Positions 1 to 11,245 of a DNA stretch of 64,000 nt are shown here, piece by piece. The notes under the pieces were generated by a model. It saw nothing but the letters and a program-made list of their open reading frames with translations. It searched no databases and was not told where the DNA came from. Source of the stretch: Nitrospinales bacterium. GTDB lineage: Bacteria; Nitrospinota; Nitrospinia; Nitrospinales; VA-1. A program made the position numbers and the translations under genes. Every line of letters starts with the position of its first letter. Positions within the stretch are counted from its first letter, which is position 1. The DNA lies in contig OZ253496.1 of the NCBI GenBank assembly GCA_965262115.1, positions 2,336,001 to 2,400,000 of the forward strand, written 5' to 3'.

Positions 1-656
1 TAACTCTTAAAACGTTGGAGGGTGTTCCGCTCAACGCGGTCGATTATGCCAACCTGAAAAAAGACCCTCTTTTTTCGGGTCTGATTTCCAGACTCGAGCC
101 GTACTCTCTAAAGAGTTTGAAATCGGATAAATCCAAATTGACCTTCTGGATCAACGTTTATAATATTTTGGCGGCAAAAATGATCACCGACCACTATCCC
201 ATAGAGAGTATCAAGGATGTGGGAGGTATATTTCAATCTGTCTGGAAGCGCCCGGCAGGCAAGGTGGGAGGCAAAGAGTGCACTCTCAACGACATTGAGC
301 ACGAAATCCTCAGGAAGATGGATGACCCCCGTATTCATGTGGCTATCGTCTGTGCTTCTGTTAGTTGTCCGGACCTTCGCCTGGAAGCCTATACGGTGGA
401 AAAGCTGAATGACCAGTTGGACGACCAGATGAAAATGTTTTTGCGATCCCGAGAAAAAGGAATGAAACTGGACGAAAAGAAAAACCGGGTTTATCTCTCA
501 TCCATATTCAAATGGTTTGCGGAGGACTTTGAAAGCCGTGGAGGAGTTTTAAAGTATATCGGTCAGTATGTTCCGGCAGAAGAAAAAAAGTTTTTGAATG
601 ATTCCCAAATAAAAATTTCTTACCTGGACTACAACTGGAAGATCAATGGTCGCTAG
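1..656 (+). CDS. DUF547-family protein (5' end runs off the window)
   Basis: Motifs FWINVYN, TLNDIEHEILR, DPRIHVAIVCASVSCP, LSSIFKWFAEDF, YLDYNW; frame open to the left edge. Confidence 0.85.
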   Translation, partial: TLKTLEGVPLNAVDYANLKKDPLFSGLISRLEPYSLKSLKSDKSKLTFWINVYNILAAKMITDHYPIESIKDVGGIFQSVWKRPAGKVGGKECTLNDIEHEILRKMDDPRIHVAIVCASVSCPDLRLEAYTVEKLNDQLDDQMKMFLRSREKGMKLDEKKNRVYLSSIFKWFAEDFESRGGVLKYIGQYVPAEEKKFLNDSQIKISYLDYNWKINGR

Positions 657-744
657 GCGTAAGGCCAGTGGGCAATAGCGTTAGACGGGTGATAGGAGTT
701 ATCTCGGCTTGATATACCGATTGCCCCCCTGCCAGGGGGCGTGA

Positions 745-787
745 GGCTGTGAACTTCATCATCATCCTTCATGCCCTGGAGGGGTAC
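745..787 (+). repeat. Copy of dispersed REP-like repeat (…TTCATGCCCYGRAGGGGTAC)
   Basis: GGCTGTGAACTTCATCATCATCCTTCATGCCCTGGAGGGGTAC; similar copies at about 33803, 41467, 49288, 52820, 55258, 55613. Confidence 0.75.
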
Positions 788-816
788 AATGCACACTGGG
801 TCCCGCGTCACGCTGG

Positions 817-1977
817 TTAGTCTGCGTGTTTTCGGAGAAATGTTGGAATATCAAAGTTTGCGGTCAGGCTTCCCGGATCCGGATTTTCTTCCTTAATGGA
901 AGAGGCCAGGGATTTTAAATGTTTATAAGAAGTTGGGCCTGAATCGTCATTGGGCATCGGGTCTCCCTCGACCACTTTTTTCAAGGCTGGTCTTTCTTCA
1001 GGTCTCATTGAGACCGTTTCCTCAAATCCTGTGGCGATGACGGTCACCCGCATCTCTCCTTCCATTTGTTTATCAATCACCGCTCCAAAAATGATGTGAG
1101 CGTCTTCATGGGCGTTTTCCTGAACCAGCATGGAAGCCTCATTGACTTCAACAAGGGTGAGGTCTTCACCGCCAGTGATGTTAATCAAAATGCCCTTTGC
1201 ACCATCGACCGTTGCTTCATCCAGCAAAGGACTGGAGATGGCTTTCTGTGCCGCTTCAACGGCCCGCATTTCTCCGGTGGCGGTCCCGCTGCCCATCAGA
1301 GCTTTGCCCATGCTGCCCATGATGCATTTAACATCGGCGAAGTCGAGGTTGATGAGACCGGGTATTACGATCAAGTCAGAGATGCTACAGACCGCTTGCT
1401 TCAAAACATCGTCGACCATGGAAAAGGCTCCGGTGAATGAAGTTTGTTTGCCGGCGTAACTGAGAAGCTTCTGGTTGGGGATGACAATCAAAGTGTCAAC
1501 CGCATCTTTCAGCTCCTGGATTCCTTCATCAGCCTGCCGCATTCGCCGTTTGCCCTCAAACGCAAAGGGTTTGGTGACTACGGCGACTGTCAAGGCTCCC
1601 ACTTCCTTGGCGATACGCGAAATGATGGGCGCGGCCCCGGTACCCGTTCCACCACCCATTCCAGCAGTGATGAAGACCATATCCGCTCCTTCCAGCATTT
1701 CGCGAATGCTGGCTTCACTCTCTTCGGCGGCATCCCTTCCGATTTCAGGATTGGAACCCGCACCAAGCCCGCGGGTCAATTCTCCGCCGATTTGAATTTT
1801 TCCAGAGCAGTCAGATTTCTCAAGCGTTTGCAGATCTGTGTTGGCGACAATAAACTCCACACCACGGATACTGTCCCGGACCATGGAGTTGACAGCATTA
1901 TTGCCCCCACCCCCTACACCCACGACCTTGATTGTTGCTGAATAATCGTTTTCGTTATCAAACTCTATTAAACTCAT
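817..1977 (-). CDS. ftsZ: Cell division GTPase FtsZ
   Basis: [19 protein letters not shown] tubulin signature, C-terminal DIPTFLRK. Confidence 0.99.
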   Translation of the reverse strand: MSLIEFDNENDYSATIKVVGVGGGGNNAVNSMVRDSIRGVEFIVANTDLQTLEKSDCSGKIQIGGELTRGLGAGSNPEIGRDAAEESEASIREMLEGADMVFITAGMGGGTGTGAAPIISRIAKEVGALTVAVVTKPFAFEGKRRMRQADEGIQELKDAVDTLIVIPNQKLLSYAGKQTSFTGAFSMVDDVLKQAVCSISDLIVIPGLINLDFADVKCIMGSMGKALMGSGTATGEMRAVEAAQKAISSPLLDEATVDGAKGILINITGGEDLTLVEVNEASMLVQENAHEDAHIIFGAVIDKQMEGEMRVTVIATGFEETVSMRPEERPALKKVVEGDPMPNDDSGPTSYKHLKSLASSIKEENPDPGSLTANFDIPTFLRKHAD

Positions 1978-1991
1978 TGTGTCCTCCGGTT

Positions 1992-3233
1992 TTAAAAAAA
2001 TTCATCTGCCCAATCTTTCATACGTGTAAAAATTTTGTCGAACAGGTTCCTCCCTTGAAGTTCCCGACTCGTTCCTGACTTAAACCTTCTGGATCCGTAC
2101 TGGATCAATCCTGTACAGGTGGCATACATGGGGTTGTTCACGACATCCATCAATCCTCCGAGACCAACGGGTGTTCCCACGCGCACAGTGGACTGGAAAA
2201 CATCTTCGGCCAATTCGGCCATGCCCTGCATGCTTGCTGCTCCGCCTGTCAGGACAACGCCCGAAGAAATGATTTCCCTGTAGCCGGATTCGCTGATTTC
2301 ATGATCCAGCAGTTCAAACATTTCCCGTGTTCTGGCTTCGATGATTTCGCTGAGAATCTGGCGTGGAACCGTTCGCGGCTCCCGTCCGCCGACACTTGGC
2401 GCTTCGATATTTTCTCCTTCCTGAACCAGGGGTGGGTAGGCGCATCCATAGGAGTGTTTGATTTTTTCCGCTTCCGCGTTTGGAGTGCGAAGTCCAATGG
2501 CGATATCATTTGTCATTTGAGCGCCGGCAATTGTCAAAACCGCTGTATGCTTGATGGCTCCCTGGTAAAAAATAGCCAGATCAGAGGTGCCACCACCTAT
2601 ATCAATCATCGCAACGCCGAGTTCTCTTTCATCCTGAGATAGAACAGATTCACTGGATGCCAGTTGCTCCAGCACAATGTCCTGAACTCCAAGACCTGCC
2701 TTGTTGACGCATTTGACAATATTTTGCGCGGAAGTTACGGCGGCGGTAACAATATGGACCTTGGCTTCAAGCCTTACTCCTGCCATTCCCAATGGAGTTT
2801 TGATCCCGTCTTGTCTATCGACAATATATTCCTGGGGAAGCACGTGGATGACTTCCCGGTCAAGAGGGATGGCAATGGCTTTGGCGGCTTCGATGACACG
2901 ATCAATATCCTTCTGTATGATTTCTTTTCCTTTGACCGCAATAATGCCATGACTGTTCATGCTGTTGATGTGACCTCCTGCAATACCTACAAAAACAGAA
3001 TCGATTTCGCATCCCGCCATCAACTCGGCTTCTTCAACAGCGCTTTTTATAGATTCCACGGTGCTGTCTATGTTTATAACCACGCCTTTACGCAAGCCCC
3101 GTGATGGATATTGACCCAGTCCGATGATATCTATTTTCTCATCATCAGCGACCTCGCCGATGATGCAACAGATTTTGGTCGTTCCAATATCCAGTCCGAC
3201 TATATAATTGCTTTTTTTGGCCATGCGTCCCAT
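1992..3233 (-). CDS. ftsA: Cell division protein FtsA
   Basis: [18 protein letters not shown]-terminal amphipathic helix; lies upstream of ftsZ. Confidence 0.98.
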   Translation of the reverse strand: MGRMAKKSNYIVGLDIGTTKICCIIGEVADDEKIDIIGLGQYPSRGLRKGVVINIDSTVESIKSAVEEAELMAGCEIDSVFVGIAGGHINSMNSHGIIAVKGKEIIQKDIDRVIEAAKAIAIPLDREVIHVLPQEYIVDRQDGIKTPLGMAGVRLEAKVHIVTAAVTSAQNIVKCVNKAGLGVQDIVLEQLASSESVLSQDERELGVAMIDIGGGTSDLAIFYQGAIKHTAVLTIAGAQMTNDIAIGLRTPNAEAEKIKHSYGCAYPPLVQEGENIEAPSVGGREPRTVPRQILSEIIEARTREMFELLDHEISESGYREIISSGVVLTGGAASMQGMAELAEDVFQSTVRVGTPVGLGGLMDVVNNPMYATCTGLIQYGSRRFKSGTSRELQGRNLFDKIFTRMKDWADEFF

Positions 3234-3239
3234 CTCCTC

Positions 3240-4142
3240 CTAGTTGGTTTGCCGCTTCATGGATGTTGAGTTGATTGAAATTCGGTCCCGGACGACGACT
3301 TGATCTTTGAACGACAGGTCGATCATCTGGATCTTCATGTTGTCATCTTCCAGAGTGTCGAGAACAATCATGAATTTTTTTAACCCTTCCGTTAACGCTT
3401 CCATGGACATTTGAATTTGCAGATCGCGATTGTGAGTGAAAAATATGATTCTGGAGTTTCCCTTCAGCTCGGCCGTGTCCAACGGATTATTTTCAAAAAA
3501 AGAAAGTTTGTTAAAATAATGCATGGTCTTGAGGCTCTGTATGACCTTGTCTCCGGAAAAGTTTTCTGGTTTCGCCCCCTTGGAGGGTTGAACGATCAAC
3601 GGTAAATGCCGGTACTCTGGTTTTTCTTCAGAGAGGAGCACTCCAAAATTATCCATTAAAAATATTTTTTCAAATTTAACCCGGGCATAGGGCACACGCT
3701 CGGTCAATTCTATTTGAACCTCTTGGGGAAACTTTCTCTGGACAGATGCGGAAAGAATCCATGGGTGCTCCGCGAGTCTTTCTGAAGCTTTGGACAGATC
3801 GTAAGTAAACAGGTTTTCTCCATGAATAGGCCCCAGCCAGTCCAGAAGCTGGTTGTCCTGCAGGGAATGATGGCCACGGAACGAGACATCCGCGATTTTA
3901 AACCTGGGATCAGAAATCAAAAAACTATAGCTGACATAAATTAAATAAATGACCACCCCTGCCAGGAAAAGTTTTGAGGCCAGTTCAAATAATATTCTTG
4001 TCCATGAAAAATCACGGGCCGATGTTTTTGAGGGAGCTTTCTTGCTCAAGTCACCACCACGTCGATGCTTTTTCTTTCTTTCAGAGCGTAGGTCTGACCA
4101 CGCCATGGCGGGACTCTTTTGACCTGTGATTGCAAAATCCAT
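3240..4142 (-). CDS. ftsQ: Cell division protein FtsQ/DivIB
   Basis: Basic N-terminus, one TM helix, POTRA-like region (HPWILSASVQRKFP), dcw position; start may be a few codons downstream. Confidence 0.9.
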   Translation of the reverse strand: MDFAITGQKSPAMAWSDLRSERKKKHRRGGDLSKKAPSKTSARDFSWTRILFELASKLFLAGVVIYLIYVSYSFLISDPRFKIADVSFRGHHSLQDNQLLDWLGPIHGENLFTYDLSKASERLAEHPWILSASVQRKFPQEVQIELTERVPYARVKFEKIFLMDNFGVLLSEEKPEYRHLPLIVQPSKGAKPENFSGDKVIQSLKTMHYFNKLSFFENNPLDTAELKGNSRIIFFTHNRDLQIQMSMEALTEGLKKFMIVLDTLEDDNMKIQMIDLSFKDQVVVRDRISINSTSMKRQTN

Positions 4143-4144
4143 GA

Positions 4145-5062
4145 TTATTCCGTGTAATCCCTTTGAGCGGTTTTTAATATTTCAACGACTAAATCATCAA
4201 ACCCTAGTCCCATCTCCCGAGCCGCCATCGGTAGAAGGCTGGTGGGGGTCATTCCCGGGACGGTGTTCATCTCCAGGACCTGAGGGACTCCGTCGTTATC
4301 CAGAATGACATCCACGCGGGGGAAACCTCTTCCCCTTAACATCTGAAAAACCTGTTTTGCGGTTTGCCTGCACCGGCCTGTTTCGCTTTCCTCAAGGTTT
4401 GCCGGGCAGATGTATTCGGTTTTCCCCGAGGTGTATTTTGCCTCGTAGTCATAAAATCCGGACTTGGGACGGATGTGAACAATTGGCATGGGTGTCATTT
4501 CATTCATTCCAATTGCCAGAAGTTTTCCTTCAATAAACTTTTCTACAATCACTTCTTCAGAATAAGCGAAGGCGTCTTCCAATGCTGGTTTCCATTGGCT
4601 TTCGGTTTTAACGATGGTTACTCCCAAACTCGACCCTTGATTGGTTGGCTTGACGACAACGGGAAGATCCAAACCCCGGTCTGTTTTTTGGTTTTTATAG
4701 AACACTTCATAATCGGCTGTGGGTATTCTATGGAATTTTAAAATTTCCTTGGATTTTAATTTGTCATATGCCAAAGCACTGCCCATAACCCCTGACCCGG
4801 TGTAAGGAATTTTGAAATATTCAAGCAAACCTTGAACACATCCGTCTTCCCCAAAGGTCCCGTGCAGGGCAATAAAAGCCATGTCGATCGGATTCGACTT
4901 GAGGGTCTCCCCAATATTATGGTCAACGTGAATCGGCAAGGCGGTCAATCCTTTCCTGTTTATGGCCTCAAGGACCGAGTTTCCGGTGACGATTGAGACC
5001 TCTCGCTCGGGAGAAAGTCCTCCCATGAGCACTCCAATGGTTTTACCTTTTAAATTATCCAA
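4145..5062 (-). CDS. ddl: D-alanine--D-alanine ligase
   Basis: GGLSPEREVS, LHGTFGEDG, GSSLG, YDYEAKY, EMNTVPG. Confidence 0.97.
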   Translation of the reverse strand: MDNLKGKTIGVLMGGLSPEREVSIVTGNSVLEAINRKGLTALPIHVDHNIGETLKSNPIDMAFIALHGTFGEDGCVQGLLEYFKIPYTGSGVMGSALAYDKLKSKEILKFHRIPTADYEVFYKNQKTDRGLDLPVVVKPTNQGSSLGVTIVKTESQWKPALEDAFAYSEEVIVEKFIEGKLLAIGMNEMTPMPIVHIRPKSGFYDYEAKYTSGKTEYICPANLEESETGRCRQTAKQVFQMLRGRGFPRVDVILDNDGVPQVLEMNTVPGMTPTSLLPMAAREMGLGFDDLVVEILKTAQRDYTE

Positions 5063-5185
5063 AAGCCTTGTTACAAATCCCCTTTAAGCAGGTCCGCCCC
5101 GGCCCTTGGCCAAAAAGGCCGGAGAACAAAGGAAGGAGGGGTTACCTTTGTTTACGGACCAATTCCATGTTGTTATTTCTCCAGT

Positions 5186-6109
5186 TCACTCGCCTGCACT
5201 AACAATTTCGGTTTGCAGTTCAATGCCGGTTTTTTCTTTAACCTCTTTTTGGATGCTCTCAATCAAATGGGTCACATCTTTGGCGGTTGCGCTCCCTTTG
5301 TTGACAATGAAATTTGCATGCTTGATCGAAACCCCTGCATCGCCAACAGAAAGTCCTTTGAGTCCTATGGACTCGATCAACCTTCCCGCTGTGTCGCCTT
5401 CGGGATTTTTGAAGACAGAACCCGAGTTGGGCACCGTCAATGGCTGGGTCTGCGATCTTCTGGAGAGATGCCGATCCATCATGTTCTGGATTTCAGTGCG
5501 ATCTCCTTCTTCCAGTTCCAGCTCTGCTTCAATAATAATTCCGTCGTCATCAGGGAAAATGGTTTTTCTGTATTCGAAAGAAAGCTCTTCGCGTTTTAAA
5601 GTCTGAATTTTTCCATCCGAGATGATCCGGGTTACGCTACGAAGAACCTGGCTTGTTTCGGTTCCTTCCGCCCCGGCATTCATGACAATCGCACCTCCCA
5701 ATGATCCGGGAATACCTACCAAATGCTCGATTCCTGTCAAGGAATAGCGGGCCGCGTGTTTGGCTAGGTAAGACATTTTTACTCCGGCCCCCGATTTGAT
5801 GACTGCCCGACGGTTTCCGGTTTCCTTGCGGAAAAACAGAGGACGCTTAATTTCCTTGAAGCAATTTTTTAAAGAGATGACCACTCCCCGTATTCCCCGG
5901 TCTCCGACAAGCAAATTAGTGCCTTCGCCAAGAATGAAAAGAGGTTGGGAACCTTTATGCTTCAAAATCGTTTGAATGTCGCGAACATCCTCAGGGAAAA
6001 TCAATACATCCGCTGGGCCGCCAATTTGAATGGAAGTGTGGGGAGCCAGAATTTCGTTTTGCAGGACGGTGCCTTTTATTTTGTGTAACCAGGGAAAAGA
6101 ATAGCTCAT
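5186..6109 (-). CDS. murB: UDP-N-acetylenolpyruvoylglucosamine reductase
   Basis: IGGPAD, GIPGSLGGAIVMNAGA, NSGSVFKNP, HANFIVN; ORF is open to 6241, likely start about 6109. Confidence 0.96.
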   Translation of the reverse strand: MSYSFPWLHKIKGTVLQNEILAPHTSIQIGGPADVLIFPEDVRDIQTILKHKGSQPLFILGEGTNLLVGDRGIRGVVISLKNCFKEIKRPLFFRKETGNRRAVIKSGAGVKMSYLAKHAARYSLTGIEHLVGIPGSLGGAIVMNAGAEGTETSQVLRSVTRIISDGKIQTLKREELSFEYRKTIFPDDDGIIIEAELELEEGDRTEIQNMMDRHLSRRSQTQPLTVPNSGSVFKNPEGDTAGRLIESIGLKGLSVGDAGVSIKHANFIVNKGSATAKDVTHLIESIQKEVKEKTGIELQTEIVSAGE

Positions 6110-6269
6110 AGTTTTACTCTGATGAATTTTGTGACCCAGAACGGTTTTGGGGTACTCCATTTTGGTTTTGAGATTGAACTCCCTTCCCGTTCCAGAATGG
6201 GCAATGTGAATCAATCGGCGTTTCCAGGCTTCGTTGAGCATAGATGATGGTCCTTCCTATTGAAAGCGA

Positions 6270-7646
6270 TCAATCATTGAAGTGGGATGCGAGCTTGTGG
6301 CTCAACTCCCCGATATTCCCAGCGCCGAGAGCCATGACAATGTCTCCCGGTTTGAGAATCTTTTGCAAATGCGGGATCACGGACTCCGTGCCCCCGATGT
6401 ATTCCACGTGTTTATGTCCAAACTCTTTCACGCCTTCCGCGATCCTCTCGGAATGGACGCCTTCTATTGCATCTTCTCCAGCCGAATAAATATCAAGCAG
6501 AAGAAGTTGGTCGGCATCGTTGAAAGCGGAGAAAAAATTTTCCATGAGATATTTCGTGCGCGAGTAGCGATGCGGTTGAAATATGACGACAAGCCTTCGG
6601 TCTGGCCAGACATCTTTGGCGGTTGACAGGGTGGCCTGGATTTCTACCGGATGATGGCCATAATCATCAACGATTATCAATGACTCGGACTGTTTCAGAA
6701 TTTCAAACCTTCTCTGTACCCCGGTAAAGTTTTTCAGTGATTCGGCGATTGTCTGGAAATCCATATTCAATTCCATTCCGACAGCGATCGCCGCAAGGGT
6801 GTTACAAACATTGTGTCGTCCTAAAGCCCCGGACAATATTTTGCCCAACTTTTTATTTTGGTGGTAGACGGTGAAGTAGGTTTTCAATCCCTCCACCGAG
6901 ATATTTCGGGCGGTGTAATCGGCCTGGGATTTCAAACCGTAGGTAATGGTTCGTTTCTCAATCCCAGGAAGCAGGGATTGAAGATTGGCATCATCCAGGC
7001 ATAAGATCGCGGCACCATAGAATGGGATTTTGTTGAGAAACTGCAGGAATGTAGATTTCATATTCTGCATTGTCTGGTAAAAATCCATATGTTCTTCGTC
7101 CAGGGTCGTGACCACCGCCAGCGTAGGAGAAAGCTTGAGAAAAGAACCATCGCTCTCATCGGCTTCGGCAATGAGGTACTGGCTCTGGCCAAGTTTCGCG
7201 TGTCCGCCCATATTCTTGATTCTTCCGCCAATCACTACTGTTGGGTCAAGATTTCCAGCCGCCAGAACCGTGGCGACCAGTGAGGTTGTTGTGGTTTTCC
7301 CATGCGTACCCGCAATGGCGATACCGTGTTTCATCCGCATCAGTTCTGCCAGCATTTCGGCCCGGGGAATGACCGGTATGGATTGCTCTCGGGCGGCCTG
7401 CACCTCTACATTGTCGTCACTGATGGCGCTGGATACGACGACAATGTGTTTGCCCATGACATTTTCCGCGCTATGGTTGTGGCGGATGTCAGCTCCAAGA
7501 GTTTTCAAGTGGTCGGTCACCCGATTGGAAGAAGGATCGGAACCGCTCACCTCATAATCCTGATTGATTAAAACTTCAGCGATTCCGCTCATTCCCGACC
7601 CTCCGATCCCGATAAAATGGATCCGTTGTGTTTTTCCTAGAAACAT
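6270..7646 (-). CDS. murC: UDP-N-acetylmuramate--L-alanine ligase
   Basis: HFIGIGGSGMSG, GTHGKTTTT, EADESD, DDYGHHP, FQPHRYSR. Confidence 0.98.
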   Translation of the reverse strand: MFLGKTQRIHFIGIGGSGMSGIAEVLINQDYEVSGSDPSSNRVTDHLKTLGADIRHNHSAENVMGKHIVVVSSAISDDNVEVQAAREQSIPVIPRAEMLAELMRMKHGIAIAGTHGKTTTTSLVATVLAAGNLDPTVVIGGRIKNMGGHAKLGQSQYLIAEADESDGSFLKLSPTLAVVTTLDEEHMDFYQTMQNMKSTFLQFLNKIPFYGAAILCLDDANLQSLLPGIEKRTITYGLKSQADYTARNISVEGLKTYFTVYHQNKKLGKILSGALGRHNVCNTLAAIAVGMELNMDFQTIAESLKNFTGVQRRFEILKQSESLIIVDDYGHHPVEIQATLSTAKDVWPDRRLVVIFQPHRYSRTKYLMENFFSAFNDADQLLLLDIYSAGEDAIEGVHSERIAEGVKEFGHKHVEYIGGTESVIPHLQKILKPGDIVMALGAGNIGELSHKLASHFND

Positions 7647-8785
7647 GACAGAACATAATTCCCTTCTTTTTTTCCGGCCTGACCGGATGTCCGATTTGCG
7701 TCATCCAGTAAGTCCATGCATATCTGGCGAACTTTTTCCGTAGCGTCCCGGTTTCCTAACTGATAGCTGTTCTCTTCCATTTCCAACAATCGTTCGGGGT
7801 CTTCCATGGCACGAAGGATGGATTGGGCAATACGTTCTCCTGACAATTCATTGTCCAGCACCAATTCACCGGCATTGGCGGCATCCAGTACCTGGGCATT
7901 TTTTTCCTGATGATTGTGGGCCGCATGGGGATAAGGAATTAAGACGGATACTTTTCCGCAAGCGGTCACTTCTGCCAGAGTGGTTGCGCCAGCTCGACAG
8001 ATCACTAATGAGGCTTTACGATATTGTTCTGCAACGTCATCGATAAAGGGTCTGACATCATGGGAGAAACCACTGCCCTCATATTTACTTTTCACCATTT
8101 CATGATCGCTTTCACCGGTTTGATGGGTGATATGAATATTTTCCCGTTTGGAAACAAGAGACTCCAACGCTTCCACCATGGCAACATTAATGGAGTGCGC
8201 ACCTTGACTGCCTCCCAGGACCAGCACACGAAAGGGTCCTTGAGGATCTTTGGGAAACTCTTCCCGAGGCTGACAGAATTCATCGCGAATCATGTTGCCC
8301 GTCACTTCGACTTTATCCCTGGGGAAGAACTTTGCAGAGTCCTTGAACGAAACTGCCACCTTGTCTGCGATTTTTCCCAACCATTTATTGGTGAGGCCGG
8401 GAAAGGAGTTTTGTTCGTGGATAAGAATGGGCACTCGTAATATCCATGCAGAGAGAACCAGAGGACCTGATACATATCCGCCCACACCTACAACCAGGTC
8501 CGGCCGTTTGCTGATCAGGAAACACATGGACTGGGCCGTGCCTACCGGCAATTTGACCCATGACATCCAGCGGCTGAGGCGTTTTTTACCGAGTAAACCT
8601 GCTGAAAGAATGGTTTTCAACTCGAATCCTTCGCGCGGAAGAACTTTTGCTTCGATACCTTGTTGAGTTCCCACAAATGAAATTTCAATATTCATATCGT
8701 GCCTCATGAGAGCTTTCGCTAAAGCGATTCCTGGATAAAGGTGGCCTCCAGTACCGCCACCGGCTATGACAACTCTTTTTTGCAT
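7637..8785 (-). CDS. murG: Lipid II N-acetylglucosaminyltransferase
   Basis: GGGTGGHLYP, HEQN, GGSQGA, RAGATT. Confidence 0.98.
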   Translation of the reverse strand: MQKRVVIAGGGTGGHLYPGIALAKALMRHDMNIEISFVGTQQGIEAKVLPREGFELKTILSAGLLGKKRLSRWMSWVKLPVGTAQSMCFLISKRPDLVVGVGGYVSGPLVLSAWILRVPILIHEQNSFPGLTNKWLGKIADKVAVSFKDSAKFFPRDKVEVTGNMIRDEFCQPREEFPKDPQGPFRVLVLGGSQGAHSINVAMVEALESLVSKRENIHITHQTGESDHEMVKSKYEGSGFSHDVRPFIDDVAEQYRKASLVICRAGATTLAEVTACGKVSVLIPYPHAAHNHQEKNAQVLDAANAGELVLDNELSGERIAQSILRAMEDPERLLEMEENSYQLGNRDATEKVRQICMDLLDDANRTSGQAGKKEGNYVLSCF

Positions 8786-8789
8786 TGAA

Positions 8790-9896
8790 TCAATGTTTTA
8801 CCGTTTGTTCCGAAATATTCAGCAGAACACCCACTGAAAGCATGGTGATTAACATTGATGACCCGCCCATGCTAATGAGAGGAAGGGTCAATCCCTTGGT
8901 TGGAAGAAGCCCCACAGCCACTCCCAAATTAATAAATGCTTGAAACCCGATCAAAAGAGTCAGACCGGTTGCCAAATGAGTTCCAAACGGATCTTTGGCC
9001 CGACAAGCGATGGCAAAACCTCTCCAGATTAAAATTGAAAACAGAAGAATAATCGCTGTAGTCCCTATAAACCCCAGTTCTTCCCCGATGACGGAAAAAA
9101 TGAAATCCGTGTGAGCTTCGGGAAGATAAAAAAGTTTTTGATGGCTGGCTCCCAACCCGGTTCCCCAGTAACCTCCCCGACCAAAAGCGTAAAAAGACTG
9201 GATGGCCTGAAACCCTGCATTTAAGGGGTCCTGCCATGGGTCGAGAAAAGCGATGATCCGCCGGGTGCGGTATCCCGCGCTCATGATTGCCGATGCGATA
9301 AAAGGAATCAGCGCAAGCACGGAAAGAAATAGAAACTTTTTTCTTAGGCCAGCGATAAAAAGCATTGTGAAAGTAACCATGCAAATAATCATGGCGGTGC
9401 CAAAATCGGGCTGGAACAGAATCGGGATAAAAAAGAAACCCAGTACAATCAGATTGGGAAGATAGCCGTAAGCGAAGCTCCTCAGCTTGTCGGCTCTTTT
9501 GACCAGAGACTTGGCGATAAAAAGAACAAGGGCAAACTTTGCCAGCTCCGAAGGTTGAAAAGAAAATCCTCCAAGGCTCAGCCATCTTCGCGCTCCACCG
9601 ACCTCCTTGCTGATTCCCGGAAACATGACCGCAAGCAAAAGCAGAAAAGTTGCTATCATGACGAGGTACGTGTGCTGGTGCAATTTGTGGTAGTCCAGGT
9701 TTTTGGTGACGAGCAGAACCCCTGTTCCCAGAAGACACCAGACAGCCTGGCGTTTGAGGAAGTAATAGGAATCGTTGTATTTTTCCATGGCATACACCGC
9801 GCTGGAACTGAAAACCATAACAATACCTATTAGAACCAGAACGGCTACGGTGATGCTCAACAGAGAGTCTGATTGTTTTGCCTGAGACGTTGCCAA
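8790..9896 (-). CDS. ftsW: SEDS peptidoglycan polymerase FtsW
   Basis: GARRW, QPSELAK, QPDFG, LPEAHTDFIF, PTKGLTLP. Confidence 0.97.
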   Translation of the reverse strand: MATSQAKQSDSLLSITVAVLVLIGIVMVFSSSAVYAMEKYNDSYYFLKRQAVWCLLGTGVLLVTKNLDYHKLHQHTYLVMIATFLLLLAVMFPGISKEVGGARRWLSLGGFSFQPSELAKFALVLFIAKSLVKRADKLRSFAYGYLPNLIVLGFFFIPILFQPDFGTAMIICMVTFTMLFIAGLRKKFLFLSVLALIPFIASAIMSAGYRTRRIIAFLDPWQDPLNAGFQAIQSFYAFGRGGYWGTGLGASHQKLFYLPEAHTDFIFSVIGEELGFIGTTAIILLFSILIWRGFAIACRAKDPFGTHLATGLTLLIGFQAFINLGVAVGLLPTKGLTLPLISMGGSSMLITMLSVGVLLNISEQTVKH

Positions 9897-9902
9897 TATC
9901 CA

Positions 9903-11243
9903 TTATCCTTCCAGATTTTTAACGATGGTTTTAAAACGGTTTCCCCGATCCGCATAATCCTTAAACATGTCAAAGCTGGCACAAGCCGGGGAAAGAAGAA
10001 CTACATCGCCATCCTCTGCTTTTGCGTTGGCCAGACTCACAGCCTCTTCCAGGCTATCGCTTTCTTCATAACCGAAGGAGCCGTTGAGAATTTCTTTGAA
10101 TTTATTGCGGGTCTCCCCGATCAGAACCAGATGCTTGACTTTTTCTTTCATCAATCTCTTTAAGGGAGAAAAATCCGTGTCTTTGTCTATTCCGCCAGCG
10201 ATGAGAATGATAGGGCGGTCAAAAGTGTTCAATGATTTGCAGACAGAGCCTACGTTGGTCCCCTTGGAATCGTTGACAAAATCAACGCCGTTCAGGTTGC
10301 GGACCCATTCCAGACGATGCTCCAGGCCGATGAAGTTTTTTAAAGCCTGTTGAATAGCTTCCGGCGATAGGTTGACCAGTAAAGCGGTAGCGATGGCGGG
10401 GAGGATGTTCTCGACCTGCCATCGCATTCCTCTGGACAGCGACTCAAGGGCTATGATTTCCAGATCGCTATTTTGTAGTCGGGCAATGATCTTGTTTCCA
10501 CGCAAAAAGATTCCTTTTCCCAACTCGGTTTGAGTGCTGAAAAAAATACGTTCTGCCGGGCAGTCTTTCCCCATGTCGCGAGTATTGGGATCATCCTGAT
10601 TCAGGATCAAAAAATCGCCCTGAGCTTGATGGGCGAAGATTTTTTCCTTCAGCGCAACATAGCTTTGGAAATCTTTATGCCGGTCCATGTGATCGGGACT
10701 TATATTAAGAATGACGGAAATGACAGGGTGAAGCCCTGATGGGGCTTCCATTTGAAAACTGGAAAGCTCAAGGATTCTGTAATCGGCATCACCCTGGTCT
10801 AATAAGGAAATAAAAGGAGTTCCAAGGTTGCCTCCCGCATGCACGGTTTTTCCAGACCGTCCAAAAATCTCAGCGATCAAGCTGGTGCAGGTGGATTTGC
10901 CATTGGTTCCGGTGATGGCAATAATCGGAATAGTATTGAACCGGTTTGCCAGCTCAATTTCGCTGATGATTTCTATTCTCGCTCGGCTTGCATTTTCAAG
11001 AAACGGTGAGTGAATATCCACTCCCGGACTCAACACCACCACTTCTGTGCCGGAAGGCGGTTCAGGATTTTGGAAACGGATTTTCACATCTGCGCGCAAT
11101 TGTTTCAAAGGCTCCAATAATTGATCACGGGACTTGCTGTCTGTCACTGTGACGCGGGCTCCGTGCCGGGAAAGGAAATTAGCGACAGCGATGCCTGTTT
11201 TGCCAAGTCCGATTACAGACAAGTTTTTATTTTTAAGTTCCAT
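9903..11243 (-). CDS. murD: UDP-MurNAc-L-Ala--D-glutamate ligase
   Basis: ITGTNGKST, ELSSFQ, NDSKGTN, LSPACASFD. Confidence 0.98.
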   Translation of the reverse strand: MELKNKNLSVIGLGKTGIAVANFLSRHGARVTVTDSKSRDQLLEPLKQLRADVKIRFQNPEPPSGTEVVVLSPGVDIHSPFLENASRARIEIISEIELANRFNTIPIIAITGTNGKSTCTSLIAEIFGRSGKTVHAGGNLGTPFISLLDQGDADYRILELSSFQMEAPSGLHPVISVILNISPDHMDRHKDFQSYVALKEKIFAHQAQGDFLILNQDDPNTRDMGKDCPAERIFFSTQTELGKGIFLRGNKIIARLQNSDLEIIALESLSRGMRWQVENILPAIATALLVNLSPEAIQQALKNFIGLEHRLEWVRNLNGVDFVNDSKGTNVGSVCKSLNTFDRPIILIAGGIDKDTDFSPLKRLMKEKVKHLVLIGETRNKFKEILNGSFGYEESDSLEEAVSLANAKAEDGDVVLLSPACASFDMFKDYADRGNRFKTIVKNLEG

Positions 11244-11245
11244 CT

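Noticed and set aside
8929..9903. 324-aa minus-strand ORF overlapping ftsW
   Set aside because: Alternative frame of a conserved gene with no recognisable motifs
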